DNA of 64,000 bases, taken from the NCBI GenBank assembly GCA_040752125.1, contig JBFMFK010000006.1, positions 1,152 through 65,151 on the forward strand. Reading direction: 5' to 3'. Position numbers and translations under genes: made by a program. The notes under the pieces are model-generated. The model did not search any database. It was not told the DNA's origin and was given only the letters and a program-made list of their open reading frames with translations. Origin of the DNA: Patescibacteria group bacterium (GTDB taxonomy: Bacteria; Patescibacteriota; Minisyncoccia; UBA9983). Of this stretch, positions 1-8,652 are shown one piece after another. The first letter of the stretch is position 1, and each line of letters begins with the position of its first letter.

Positions 1-34
1 ATTCCTTCCGGTTTGTAATTTTTGTTTCACCATT

Positions 35-217
35 TTAGAGTACTAATCTATCTATTAATAGGCGAAAAATGATATCAAAAAGTCCCAAAAACAAAGCCAC
101 AGCCAAAGACACCCCAATGACAAGAAGGGTAAAATTTACAGTCTGTTTTCTACTGGGCCAGTTTACATTTTTTAATTCAATTTTAGTTCCTTTAAGATAA
201 TTTAATAATTTATTCAT
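35..217 (-). CDS. secE: Preprotein translocase subunit SecE
   Basis: ELKNVNWPSRK motif followed by a single TM helix. Confidence 0.93.
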   Translation of the reverse strand: MNKLLNYLKGTKIELKNVNWPSRKQTVNFTLLVIGVSLAVALFLGLFDIIFRLLIDRLVL

Positions 218-368
218 AAGTTTTGAGTAGTCAGTATGTTAGTAGTTAAATTTTAAATTTGTCTGGCTACTCTTGGCTGACTACTAACTACTTCTTTTCA
301 AAAAAGCCCTTGGCCGGGCTTATGATTAAATAATAAATAATCGTAAAAATAAGTCAACCCTACCAGTA

Positions 369-393
369 AAAAATCCCGCTTTTAGCGGGATTT
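369..393. terminator. Intrinsic terminator-like hairpin at the end of the NYN gene
   Basis: AAATCCCGCT-TTT-AGCGGGATTT; the A-run gives a U-tail on the minus strand. Confidence 0.6.
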
Positions 394-873
394 ATCTTTA
401 AGAGGCAAATCATATATATTTTTAATATCTATCACCTGTTTTAAGACATTAGATATTTTTTCTGTGCCGATAATTGAAACCTGTTTTTTCCGGTTTTTGG
501 CTTCTTTTATAAGATGGGTCATGTGTTTATCGTGACCCACCACAATTATATCGGTAATTTCTGAAAAATTACAAAATTTCATACCGCTCTGAATCAAATG
601 GATATCAACAGTATCTTCAGTTTTATCAGATTCAATGGTCTTTTGACATAAAACGATTTCAAATCCGAGATCACTCAAGTTTTCAGGAAGAGAATAGACG
701 CGATGGTCAGGTAAAAAAATAAAGGCAAAAATAATTTCTCCAAATTCTAGTAAAAATTCATGAAGTTTTTGGAAATCTATTATTTCTCCTTTTTCTATTG
801 CTTTAAAAGAAATATTTTCATAATCTATTAAGACAATAGTTTTTCGTTCTTTTTTTTTCTTTTTTAAGAGCAA
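382..873 (-). CDS. NYN domain (LabA/DUF88, PIN-like) protein
   Basis: IDYENI...DTVDIHL...VVGHD acidic motifs; TTG start preceded by GGAGGTG. Confidence 0.8.
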   Translation of the reverse strand: MLLKKKKKERKTIVLIDYENISFKAIEKGEIIDFQKLHEFLLEFGEIIFAFIFLPDHRVYSLPENLSDLGFEIVLCQKTIESDKTEDTVDIHLIQSGMKFCNFSEITDIIVVGHDKHMTHLIKEAKNRKKQVSIIGTEKISNVLKQVIDIKNIYDLPLKDKSR

Positions 874-897
874 TTTTCACCTCCATCAGAAAAATGG

Positions 898-928
898 CCG
901 GATGCGAGTTTTTTACTCTCGCATCCGG
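898..928. terminator. Strong hairpin between the 329-aa ORF and the NYN gene
   Basis: CCGGATGCGAG...CTCGCATCCGG 11-bp stem. Confidence 0.6.
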
Positions 929-935
929 TTCAAAA

Positions 936-1925
936 TCACTTAGAAGAGTGGTAATAGGCGGCCAAACCAGCCCGCAACATTTTTATAAATTTCTCAGCTA
1001 ATTCTGCCAGTTCACCAGGTATTGTTTCGGGAATCTGGTTTTTTGTAAACCAGGAAAATGGTATCCATTTGCCCGCAAACTCCTGCATCCACTGCAGGCT
1101 TCCGGCACCAGTCAAGATCTTAATTCCTGTGATTGCTTTCTCATTGTACATTTTTATTGGACAGAGAGAAAGCAATCCCGCTCCTTCGAACCATTTCCGT
1201 CCAGATTCATCAACACGCTCCGGGAAATAAATGGAATATGTTCCGTGTTCTCCTGCTTTAAAAAGTGAGAGGTCTGGTCTACCTTTCTTGCGGATTACCC
1301 CGATTTCATTCCGATTCTTTTCGTCCTCAATTTTGCGTACTTCATTAAGGTACTTACGCAATTCAGCTTCTAAAGCTCTTTGGGCAGGAGTTTTCTCTTC
1401 TTCTACTAGAATCGGAATATAAACTATACGGTTAAAAAACAAAGTTCCTGCAGGCCATTTTTTAGTGGCCTGATTTTCTTTAATCTCTCCTTGATCAGCA
1501 ATGCGATATCGGCCGCAATCTACGCAACGTTTAAGAAAATCTTTTGCCAGGCCGACTTCTTTCGGTGCTGACCTTATTTCCTGGATAAAGAGTGAGAACT
1601 TCATATGCTTCTTGAGCTCTTCATCTCCTGATTGGAGGAGTCTTTCTTTAAGCTTCTCTAGATCTGTCATCTTTTTTTTGTCATCATCAGAAAGAACGCC
1701 ATGCAATGCTATTTGTCGAAGAACATTAATCTCGCGCTGAATAGCGATTGCTTTTTGAGCCGCGATTTCAGCATATCTCCGTCTCTCTTGAACCTGCTTT
1801 TCTTTTTCTGCAATTTGTTCGGTAGTCATCTTCTCAATAACTATCTCATCAAGACTTAACAAATTATCGTTCTTTCTTTTTTTGGCTTCTTCTGCTTTTT
1901 TAAAAGCTTCAACTATTTTGTTCAT
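936..1925 (-). CDS. Hypothetical protein with coiled-coil N-terminus
   Basis: 329-aa ORF with GGAGG upstream; no family recognised. Confidence 0.7.
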   Translation of the reverse strand: MNKIVEAFKKAEEAKKRKNDNLLSLDEIVIEKMTTEQIAEKEKQVQERRRYAEIAAQKAIAIQREINVLRQIALHGVLSDDDKKKMTDLEKLKERLLQSGDEELKKHMKFSLFIQEIRSAPKEVGLAKDFLKRCVDCGRYRIADQGEIKENQATKKWPAGTLFFNRIVYIPILVEEEKTPAQRALEAELRKYLNEVRKIEDEKNRNEIGVIRKKGRPDLSLFKAGEHGTYSIYFPERVDESGRKWFEGAGLLSLCPIKMYNEKAITGIKILTGAGSLQWMQEFAGKWIPFSWFTKNQIPETIPGELAELAEKFIKMLRAGLAAYYHSSK

Positions 1926-2045
1926 TTCAAACCTCCAAAAAATTTAGAAAAATTTTTTCTTCAGAAAAATAGCTCCAAAAAAAACCCTAAAACCTCCTTT
2001 CTTTAGTTATCAAAGGACTACAAAGTAGTCTCAACAGACTATACA

Positions 2046-2789
2046 TCATTTAATTTCGTATGTCAAGCTGACAATAATTGTTATTTTGTTTTCACCAGCG
2101 GGAATTTCCGGAGCAATTTCCGGGCCGCCACCAACTCCCAGTGCCTCACTTTTAAAAATTGGTGACACTTCGCCAGATTCAGAAAAATTAACTAAGCGCA
2201 GTAATTTAACATTTAAATCTTCTTTTAGTTCCTCGGCTTTTTGTTTTGCTTTTTCAATGGCCTGCTTTCGTGCTTCCCTTTTCACTGCCTCTTCGTCATC
2301 AATGACAAAACTGATACTGCTGATTTGATTAGCGCCAGCTTCTGTTGCGCCTGATAAAATTTTCCCCACATTATCAAGATTTCTTACTTTTATGTCCAAA
2401 GTCTGATTGACCTCGTATCCCCTGAATACTCTGCCTCTATTTTCGATATAATCGTAACGGGGGAAAATATTATAAGAAGAGGTTTTAATATTTTTCTCTT
2501 CTACCCCAGATTGTTTTATGAATTCCACAACTTTATTTATTGCCTCAGTGTGTTGTTTCTGCGCTTCAGCAGCAGTTGCTGCTTCTTTGACTACAGATAT
2601 AGAAATCTGGGCTGTATCTGGTTTGGCAAAAATCTCTCCAGTTGCATTAACAGTGATAGTATCTATTTGATTAAGATTTCTGCCTATATATTTATTTTCT
2701 TTAATTCCATTATATGCTTCAACAGCCAGAAAAATCGCCAAAATAATGAAAGTGATACTTAATAATTTTTGCAGATTTTCATTTAACAT
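2046..2789 (-). CDS. SIMPL/DUF541 domain protein
   Basis: N-terminal TM, TITVNATGEIFAKPD, GANQISSISF, IPAGENKI motifs. Confidence 0.88.
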   Translation of the reverse strand: MLNENLQKLLSITFIILAIFLAVEAYNGIKENKYIGRNLNQIDTITVNATGEIFAKPDTAQISISVVKEAATAAEAQKQHTEAINKVVEFIKQSGVEEKNIKTSSYNIFPRYDYIENRGRVFRGYEVNQTLDIKVRNLDNVGKILSGATEAGANQISSISFVIDDEEAVKREARKQAIEKAKQKAEELKEDLNVKLLRLVNFSESGEVSPIFKSEALGVGGGPEIAPEIPAGENKITIIVSLTYEIK

Positions 2790-2861
2790 ATTTTTATAAA
2801 ATTACCTGATAATGTTAAAATTATATCATTTTTTGAAAATTTTTGATACAATAAATAGGCT

Positions 2862-2932
2862 GCGGGCGTAGTTTAGTGGCAGAATGTCTGCCTTCCAAGC
2901 AGAAGACGTGAGTTCAATTCTCGCCGCCCGCA
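2862..2932 (+). tRNA. tRNA-Gly(TCC)
   Basis: GCGGGCG acceptor, TCTGC-CTTCCAA-GCAGA anticodon arm, GTTCAATTC T-arm; no encoded CCA. Confidence 0.95.
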
Positions 2933-2961
2933 AATGCAGAGGAGACTTACACATGGCGGCT

Positions 2962-4989
2962 TTAACTAAGACGGGGCTCGACTCTTCTCAATAACACTGC
3001 ATTTGTAGCAACAATGAGAGAAGAAGTAGACATCAACAAGGCTGAAATTTCAGGACGCAGAGAAATTCCAAACGAAGGATAAAATATCCCTGCTGCAACC
3101 GGAATGGCAAGAAGGTTATAAATTGCCGCCCAAAAAAGATTTTGCTTCATTTTTCTTACTGTTGCCCTGCTCAAATTTATCGCTTTTACAATATCATAGG
3201 GATCGGACTTCATTAAAACTATATTGCCCGTTTCAATGGCCACATCTGTGCCTGCGCCAATGGCAATACCGATATTGGCCTGGGCCAAAGCCGGAGCATC
3301 ATTAATGCCATCTCCGACCATGGCGACAAACATTCCTTCATCTTGAAGTTTTTTGATATACTTGACTTTATCTTCTGGAAGTACCTGGGCAAAATATCGG
3401 TCAATACCAAGTTCCTGCGATACAGCTTTTGCTACCTGTTCATGATCACCAGTAATCATTGCCACTTCCAATCCTAGCGACTTGAGTTCTAATATAGATT
3501 TTTTTGCCGCAGGCCGAATACTATCGGCAACGCCGATCACACCTATTGCCTGTCCCTCAATAGCAATAATACTGATTGTATTGCCAGTATTAAGAAGACG
3601 GTCAATATCTTTTTTGATTGGCGAAAGATCAATTTTGTTCTCTTTCATTAACCGTTCTGTGCCAGCAATAATTGATTTTCCATTTACTACAGCCTTCACG
3701 CCATGACCAGCGACAGCCTCAAATTTTTCTACTTTCTCATTTGCACCAAGATTGTTCTTTTGTGCCTCTTCAAGAATAGCAGTACTAATTGGATGACTTG
3801 AACCTCGCTCAACTGATGCTGCAAGTGATAATATTTCATTGTGATCGTATCCAGATCTGGCAACAATCTCTGTTACTTTAGGCTTGCCTTCAGTCAAAGT
3901 TCCTGTTTTATCAAGTATAATGGCCTTGAGTTTAGAAACATTCTCAAGTGTGGCTGCGTCTTTAATTAAAATATTATGTTTAGCACCAAGGCCTGTGCCC
4001 ACAGCCACAGCAGTCGGCGTTGCCAATCCCAATGCATCAGGACAGGCAATAACCACTGTGGAAACAGCAAAAGTTAAAGCAAAAATAAAGGCGGCATTAC
4101 TAAGAAAATACCAAACCAAAAAAGTCGCAACTCCAGAACCAATGGCCAAGATAACCAGCCAGGCTGCGGCCTTGTCTGCCAGACGCTGGCCAGGAGCTTT
4201 AGAGTTCTGGGCAGTTTCAACCATTTTGATTATTTGCGCCAAAGCCGTATCAGAACCAATCTTTTCCGCCTTAAATTTCGCTTGCCCAGTTTTATTGATT
4301 GAACCGCCAACAACTTTGCTGCCAATTTTCTTCTCAATAGGAAAAGATTCACCTGTTACCAAAGATTCATCAATGGCAGTCTCACCTTCAATCACCTCTC
4401 CGTCTACTGGCACCTTGTCTCCTGGTCGAAGCACGACAATGTCGCCGACAACTACTTCGGCTACTGGCAGAGTTATTTCTTTGTTATTACGGATAACATT
4501 AGCTTGTGGAGGAACTAAATCAAATAAAGCTCGCAAAGCATCTGAAGTACCACGACGGGATTTCATCTCCATCCAATGGCCAAATAAAACAAAGGTCACC
4601 AAAAGAGCAGCAGCCTCATAAAAAGTTTCTGAACTAGGCCGAATGACAGTAAGTAATACACTAAAAAGATAAGCTGCCAAAACACCAGTAGCCACCAAGA
4701 CCGCCATATTGAGTTTTCTGGCCTTGAGAGAATAATACGCGCCAGTAATAAAAATTGATCCTGTCCAGAAAACAACAGGAGTTGTGAAAATGAAAAGGGT
4801 CCAATTAACAGGTATCAGTGCCGGCAGGTTAATCTTAAAAAAATTTATACTCACTGGTGAATAAAGAAAAATCGGTATTGACAGAAAAAAAGAAATCCAA
4901 AACCGGCGACGCATATCTGCTTCCATTTGCTTGGCAATCTGCGGATCGGTCATTGCTACCTCATGATCCTGATGACTCATATGTCCCAT
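2962..4989 (-). CDS. P1B-type heavy-metal (probably Cu) transporting ATPase
   Basis: TGES, CPDALGLATP, DKTGTLT, HP, GDGINDAP, YN and MSTSS motifs; short His/Met N-terminus. Confidence 0.93.
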   Translation of the reverse strand: MGHMSHQDHEVAMTDPQIAKQMEADMRRRFWISFFLSIPIFLYSPVSINFFKINLPALIPVNWTLFIFTTPVVFWTGSIFITGAYYSLKARKLNMAVLVATGVLAAYLFSVLLTVIRPSSETFYEAAALLVTFVLFGHWMEMKSRRGTSDALRALFDLVPPQANVIRNNKEITLPVAEVVVGDIVVLRPGDKVPVDGEVIEGETAIDESLVTGESFPIEKKIGSKVVGGSINKTGQAKFKAEKIGSDTALAQIIKMVETAQNSKAPGQRLADKAAAWLVILAIGSGVATFLVWYFLSNAAFIFALTFAVSTVVIACPDALGLATPTAVAVGTGLGAKHNILIKDAATLENVSKLKAIILDKTGTLTEGKPKVTEIVARSGYDHNEILSLAASVERGSSHPISTAILEEAQKNNLGANEKVEKFEAVAGHGVKAVVNGKSIIAGTERLMKENKIDLSPIKKDIDRLLNTGNTISIIAIEGQAIGVIGVADSIRPAAKKSILELKSLGLEVAMITGDHEQVAKAVSQELGIDRYFAQVLPEDKVKYIKKLQDEGMFVAMVGDGINDAPALAQANIGIAIGAGTDVAIETGNIVLMKSDPYDIVKAINLSRATVRKMKQNLFWAAIYNLLAIPVAAGIFYPSFGISLRPEISALLMSTSSLIVATNAVLLRRVEPRLS

Positions 4990-5006
4990 AAAATTATTTT
5001 TAATTT

Positions 5007-5077
5007 TCGGGATGCCGAGAGTCGAACTCGGGCTGCACCCACCCCAAGGGTACGTACTGCCGTTATACTACATCCCG
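5007..5077 (-). tRNA. tRNA-Pro(GGG)
   Basis: CGGGATG acceptor, loop TTGGGGT, GTTCGACTC T-arm. Confidence 0.93.
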
Positions 5078-5102
5078 CAATCTCATTATATCAAAGAAAA
5101 AT

Positions 5103-5155
5103 TTGGCTCAAAGCCAACAAAAGTTCAAAGCCAACAAAACTTGGCTTTGAGCCAA
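5103..5155. repeat. Cluster of short palindromic units TTGGCT(CAA/TTG)AGCCAA
   Basis: 5103-5117 and 5141-5155 are exact reverse complements; partial third unit TCAAAGCCAACAAAA in between. Confidence 0.75.
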
Positions 5156-5158
5156 CAA

Positions 5159-5192
5159 AATCAGCCTGTCAAAAAACAATGACAGGCTGATT
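5159..5192. terminator. Intrinsic terminator-like hairpin
   Basis: AATCAGCCTGTCA...TGACAGGCTGATT downstream of the 5220 ORF. Confidence 0.65.
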
Positions 5193-5219
5193 ATTTTAAT
5201 TCTGGATTTTAATCCCGGA

Positions 5220-5702
5220 TTACTGACCAATTTTCTTTAGTTTTTCTTCAAGCTGACGGATGAGATTCAAAAGCTCTTGAATACGTGCCTGGATAGAAGA
5301 AGTAGCTCTTCCTCTAAAAGACAGATTATTGATTTTAGAGACAACGATAACTCGAGTGTTTTCATTAAAATTTCCCTTTCCTGAAAGCACGTCGCCTGGC
5401 TTAAAATCATCTAGGGTAATTCTCTGGCCGCCACCGATTATCTTTGCACCACTAACATTTACATCGTGATTAAATCCGTAGAATTTAACATTGAGGGTGT
5501 TTGTTGAAGTGGAAACTGAATTAACAACCACACCACTGACAATGAAATTACCATTGAATTTCATAGTCACTGATCTTGATTCATCGCTTTTTTTAAAATC
5601 ATCTTTTTCAATATTCGTGGCATAGGCCACCATTGAAAAAGAAACAGCAAGGACAATAATAGAGAAAATAATAGCTATTTTAAGATTTGATAAGTTCTGC
5701 AT
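5220..5702 (-). CDS. Hypothetical secreted/membrane-anchored protein (beta-rich, C-terminal coiled coil)
   Basis: ATG at 5702 gives a signal-peptide-like N-terminus; ORF track begins further upstream at a non-ATG codon. Confidence 0.65.
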   Translation of the reverse strand: MQNLSNLKIAIIFSIIVLAVSFSMVAYATNIEKDDFKKSDESRSVTMKFNGNFIVSGVVVNSVSTSTNTLNVKFYGFNHDVNVSGAKIIGGGQRITLDDFKPGDVLSGKGNFNENTRVIVVSKINNLSFRGRATSSIQARIQELLNLIRQLEEKLKKIGQ

Positions 5703-5863
5703 ATTGTTTATTTTGCTTATAATTTCTGACCTTTCTAAACGTTTAATTATTATATCATTCAGCAAAAAACTTGCAATACTTTCAACTGAAAAAATGTTCA
5801 GTGGTTATTCATCAAACCTTGCTCAATAATGAAAGAATTAAAGTTAGTTTAATACACTTCTTG

Positions 5864-5936
5864 GGTGACCTAGGGGATTTGCACCCCTGCTGGCACTTCC
5901 ACAGAGTGCTGTGCTCACTACTACACCAAGGCCACC
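5864..5936 (-). tRNA. tRNA-His(GTG)
   Basis: G-1:C73 pair, GCACT-CTGTGGA-AGTGC arm; T-loop reads TGCAAAT. Confidence 0.9.
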
Positions 5937-5950
5937 ATTGGGTCATTAAA

Positions 5951-6478
5951 TTAATATCTGGGGTGTTTTTCTTTTATACCGAGGTTTACATATCTGGCCA
6001 ATGCGAATAGAAGCGATGACAAGCGATTAAGATATTTTAGTGATTCTGGAGAAATGTTTTTCTTGCTTGCCACACATCGTCTTTCTGCTCTTCGCGCCAC
6101 AGCTCGGCTGTAATCTAAGAGGGCTGATAATTCTGTTCCACCCGAAATTATGAAATTTTTAATCTTGGGCAACTTTTTTTCAATTTTATCAATTATTTTT
6201 TCTATTTCAGTTCTTCTATTTTTTTTTATGCCTTTACCACAACCAGCCACTTCACCTTGCAAAATAAATAAATCATTTTGAATATCTTCTAATGTTTTGG
6301 AGGTTAAACCTCCAATTGGAGGTTTAACCTCCAAAGATTTTACCTTGCAAAATCCCAAGAGTGAATTTAATTCATCAAGACTGCCAAGAGCTTCTATTCT
6401 TAGAGAACTTTTGAGAAAATTTTTTTTGCAATCAAAAATTGTCGTCAGGCCCTTGTCGCCAACTTTAGTATATAGCAT
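5951..6478 (-). CDS. PduO-type ATP:cob(I)alamin adenosyltransferase
   Basis: YTKVGDKGLT, GSLDELNS, RRAERR, YLNRLSSLLF motifs. Confidence 0.9.
   Translation of the reverse strand: MLYTKVGDKGLTTIFDCKKNFLKSSLRIEALGSLDELNSLLGFCKVKSLEVKPPIGGLTSKTLEDIQNDLFILQGEVAGCGKGIKKNRRTEIEKIIDKIEKKLPKIKNFIISGGTELSALLDYSRAVARRAERRCVASKKNISPESLKYLNRLSSLLFALARYVNLGIKEKHPRY
6296..6335. repeat. 40-bp perfect palindrome inside the PduO-type gene
   Basis: TTTGGAGGTTAAACCTCCAATTGGAGGTTTAACCTCCAAA equals its own reverse complement. Confidence 0.9.
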
Positions 6479-6489
6479 CTTAAATTAAA

Positions 6490-6738
6490 TTAAGAAATTT
6501 TTAAGACTCTTGTGCCAACTTTGGTTTCTTGTTCCACCTTCACGGCTACTTCCTCTCCAGATTTTCCTCCTTTGATGGGCTTATGTTCAACCTGTATAGA
6601 ATCAACTGTCTGAGTAAACTCATTCTCTCCGTGAATGAATTTTACTGTGTCTCCAATCTTGAGATCGCTTGATAGCCTGATGACTGCCACCATTGCTTTA
6701 TCAAAATAGTGTATAACCTTTCCTATTTCTTGTTCCAT
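6490..6738 (-). CDS. Small translation-elongation-factor-like beta-barrel protein
   Basis: IGKVIHYFDKAMVA...QTVDSIQVEH pattern. Confidence 0.75.
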   Translation of the reverse strand: MEQEIGKVIHYFDKAMVAVIRLSSDLKIGDTVKFIHGENEFTQTVDSIQVEHKPIKGGKSGEEVAVKVEQETKVGTRVLKIS

Positions 6739-6868
6739 AACTTTAATACCTAGTATTTTGTATAATTTCGTATATTGTCTACTTAATACTAGATATAATA
6801 CACGTATTTGGCCCTTGACCAGAGGGTTACTTTAATCATACAGAAAAATAAAAATTTTTGAAGCGGTT

Positions 6869-6951
6869 TGCCCAGGGCGGGATTTGAACCCGCACGCTCT
6901 TGTGAGCCATGCCCCTCAAGCATGTGTGTATACCAGTTCCACCACCTGGGC
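6869..6951 (-). tRNA. tRNA-Leu(GAG)
   Basis: CATGC-TTGAGGG-GCATG arm, variable arm, GTTCAAATC. Confidence 0.95.
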
Positions 6952-6958
6952 ATCAATC

Positions 6959-7342
6959 TTAAGGCTCGGTTTTTATGTCTTCAGATTCTTTTTTCGTTGC
7001 ACTGCGTATTTGCTTCATCTTTCTGCGAATTTCTCTGGCTGCTTTATTGCGGACATAATATAATTTGGCACGCCGCACTTTTGATTTTCTCACGATTTCT
7101 ATTTTTTCTATGATTGGGGAAAAAACTGGAAAGATTCTCTCAACTCCGATCCCATCAGAAATTTTTCTGATAGTAAAAGTGGCTCCCGATTCAAAACCAT
7201 GCTTGCGAGCTATTATCAAACCATCAAAAGACTGGAGGCGGGTTTTATCTCCTTCTTTAATTTTCTGCCAAACCCGGACTGTGTTCCCGGGTTTCAAATC
7301 CCATTTTTTTCTTTCTTCTATGTTGACATTAGCTAAACTCAT
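6959..7342 (-). CDS. rplS: 50S ribosomal protein L19
   Basis: [18 protein letters not shown]. Confidence 0.97.
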   Translation of the reverse strand: MSLANVNIEERKKWDLKPGNTVRVWQKIKEGDKTRLQSFDGLIIARKHGFESGATFTIRKISDGIGVERIFPVFSPIIEKIEIVRKSKVRRAKLYYVRNKAAREIRRKMKQIRSATKKESEDIKTEP

Positions 7343-7348
7343 AACAAT

Positions 7349-8077
7349 CTATAAATTAACATTTTGCTCTTTTTCCTGCAACTTCTTTAAAACTTTTTCT
7401 AAATCATCTGGCAAATAAGTCTCAAGTTTTATTCTACCTCCTGAAAGTGGTAAAGTAAATTCTAAGGCGCGAGCATGAAGAAAATGGCGAGTCAAATTAA
7501 GGGGGCATTTTTGCTTTTTTGGCCCATATAATTTATCGCAGACAACCGGATGGCCAATGGCTTTTAAGTGCACTCTTATCTGATGCATCCTTCCTGTTTT
7601 TGGATAAGCCTCAATAAGAGTAAAATCTTTGAATCGTTTAATAATCTTGTACTCTGTAACAGCCTCCCTGATTTTACCAATGGCTTTTTGAGTAGCCCGC
7701 CTGTCGGCGAGGCAGGTTTTTTTGCGAAAATCTTTTTTGCTTTTGCCAATCGGCAATTTAATCATTCCCGCTCGTTCCTTAAGATGTCCATACACCAAAG
7801 CAAGATATGTTTTTTTGATTTGTCTTTTTTGGAACTGTTCTTTTAGATATTCAAAAGATTTCTGATTTTTTGCAACCAGTAAAATACCTGAAGTATTTTT
7901 ATCAAGTCTATGGACAATACCCGGCCTTTCAGTGTTCTCGCCAACACCTATCACTTGCGGCCGATTTTGCTTTATCCAATCTATAATGCTGGGGTACTCG
8001 CCATGAACAACAATCCCAGCAGGCTTGTCTATTGCCAAGATGTCATTATCTTCATAGATTATTTCTAAATCTTTCAT
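7349..8077 (-). CDS. RluA/RluD family pseudouridine synthase
   Basis: DKPAG, VHRLDKNTSG, TGRMHQIRVH, LHA motifs. Confidence 0.93.
   Translation of the reverse strand: MKDLEIIYEDNDILAIDKPAGIVVHGEYPSIIDWIKQNRPQVIGVGENTERPGIVHRLDKNTSGILLVAKNQKSFEYLKEQFQKRQIKKTYLALVYGHLKERAGMIKLPIGKSKKDFRKKTCLADRRATQKAIGKIREAVTEYKIIKRFKDFTLIEAYPKTGRMHQIRVHLKAIGHPVVCDKLYGPKKQKCPLNLTRHFLHARALEFTLPLSGGRIKLETYLPDDLEKVLKKLQEKEQNVNL
7696..7716 (-). repeat. 21-nt GC-rich hairpin element inside the pseudouridine synthase gene
   Basis: CCTGCCTCGCCGACAGGCGGG on the minus strand, encoding (T)CLADRR. Confidence 0.6.
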
Positions 8078-8080
8078 CTA

Positions 8081-8154
8081 TGGGCGGCGAAGGATTTGAA
8101 CCCTCGGCCTTCTCGGTGTAAACGAGACGCTCTGACCAGCTGAGCTAGCCGCCC
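8081..8154 (-). tRNA. tRNA-Val(TAC)
   Basis: TCTCG-TTTACAC-CGAGA arm. Confidence 0.95.
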
Positions 8155-8156
8155 AA

Positions 8157-8230
8157 TGGGCGCATCCTGATTTGAACAGGAGACCTCTATCGTGTGAAGA
8201 TAGCGCTCTAACCAGCTGAGCTATGCGCCC
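8157..8230 (-). tRNA. tRNA-Val(CAC)
   Basis: CTATC-TTCACAC-GATAG arm. Confidence 0.93.
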
Positions 8231-8238
8231 TTTCATTT

Positions 8239-8310
8239 TCTCCCCAGCAGGAATCGAACCCGCATCTTCACCTTAGAAGGGTGCTACTCTGTCCGTTGAG
8301 TTATGGGGAG
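8239..8310 (-). tRNA. tRNA-Arg(TCT)
   Basis: CACC-CTTCTAA-GGTG arm, GTTCGATTC. Confidence 0.93.
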
Positions 8311-8318
8311 ATACATAA

Positions 8319-8648
8319 TTATAATGACGGATCTTTAATTGAAGGGGGGTTGGAAATTGTATTATCAAAAATCTTTTTTCTCTCTGATAAATCTTCCATC
8401 AGTTTTGTTAATGATTCTTTTTTGAAAATAATAGTTTTATTCTCATAATTGAGATTAACTTTAATACCTGATTCCACTTTAGAATAATATTGCCAAAAAA
8501 CATAAGCACCTATCCCAAAACATACAGTTAACGAGATTAAAAAAAATGATAATAGTATTTTCCAATCTCTTATTAATTTAATCTCCGTAAAGCGGTCGTT
8601 ACGATAGATAAAATATCCTATTATTCTGTTAAAATCAAGTTTTTTCAT
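8319..8648 (-). CDS. Hypothetical membrane protein at the end of the pilMNO operon
   Basis: single TM, operon context. Confidence 0.65.
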   Translation of the reverse strand: MKKLDFNRIIGYFIYRNDRFTEIKLIRDWKILLSFFLISLTVCFGIGAYVFWQYYSKVESGIKVNLNYENKTIIFKKESLTKLMEDLSERKKIFDNTISNPPSIKDPSL

Positions 8649-8652
8649 TTTA

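Noticed and set aside
3884-4621. 245-aa plus-strand ORF and other antisense ORFs in the track
   Set aside because: Shadow frames of well-supported genes on the opposite strand; no recognisable motifs.
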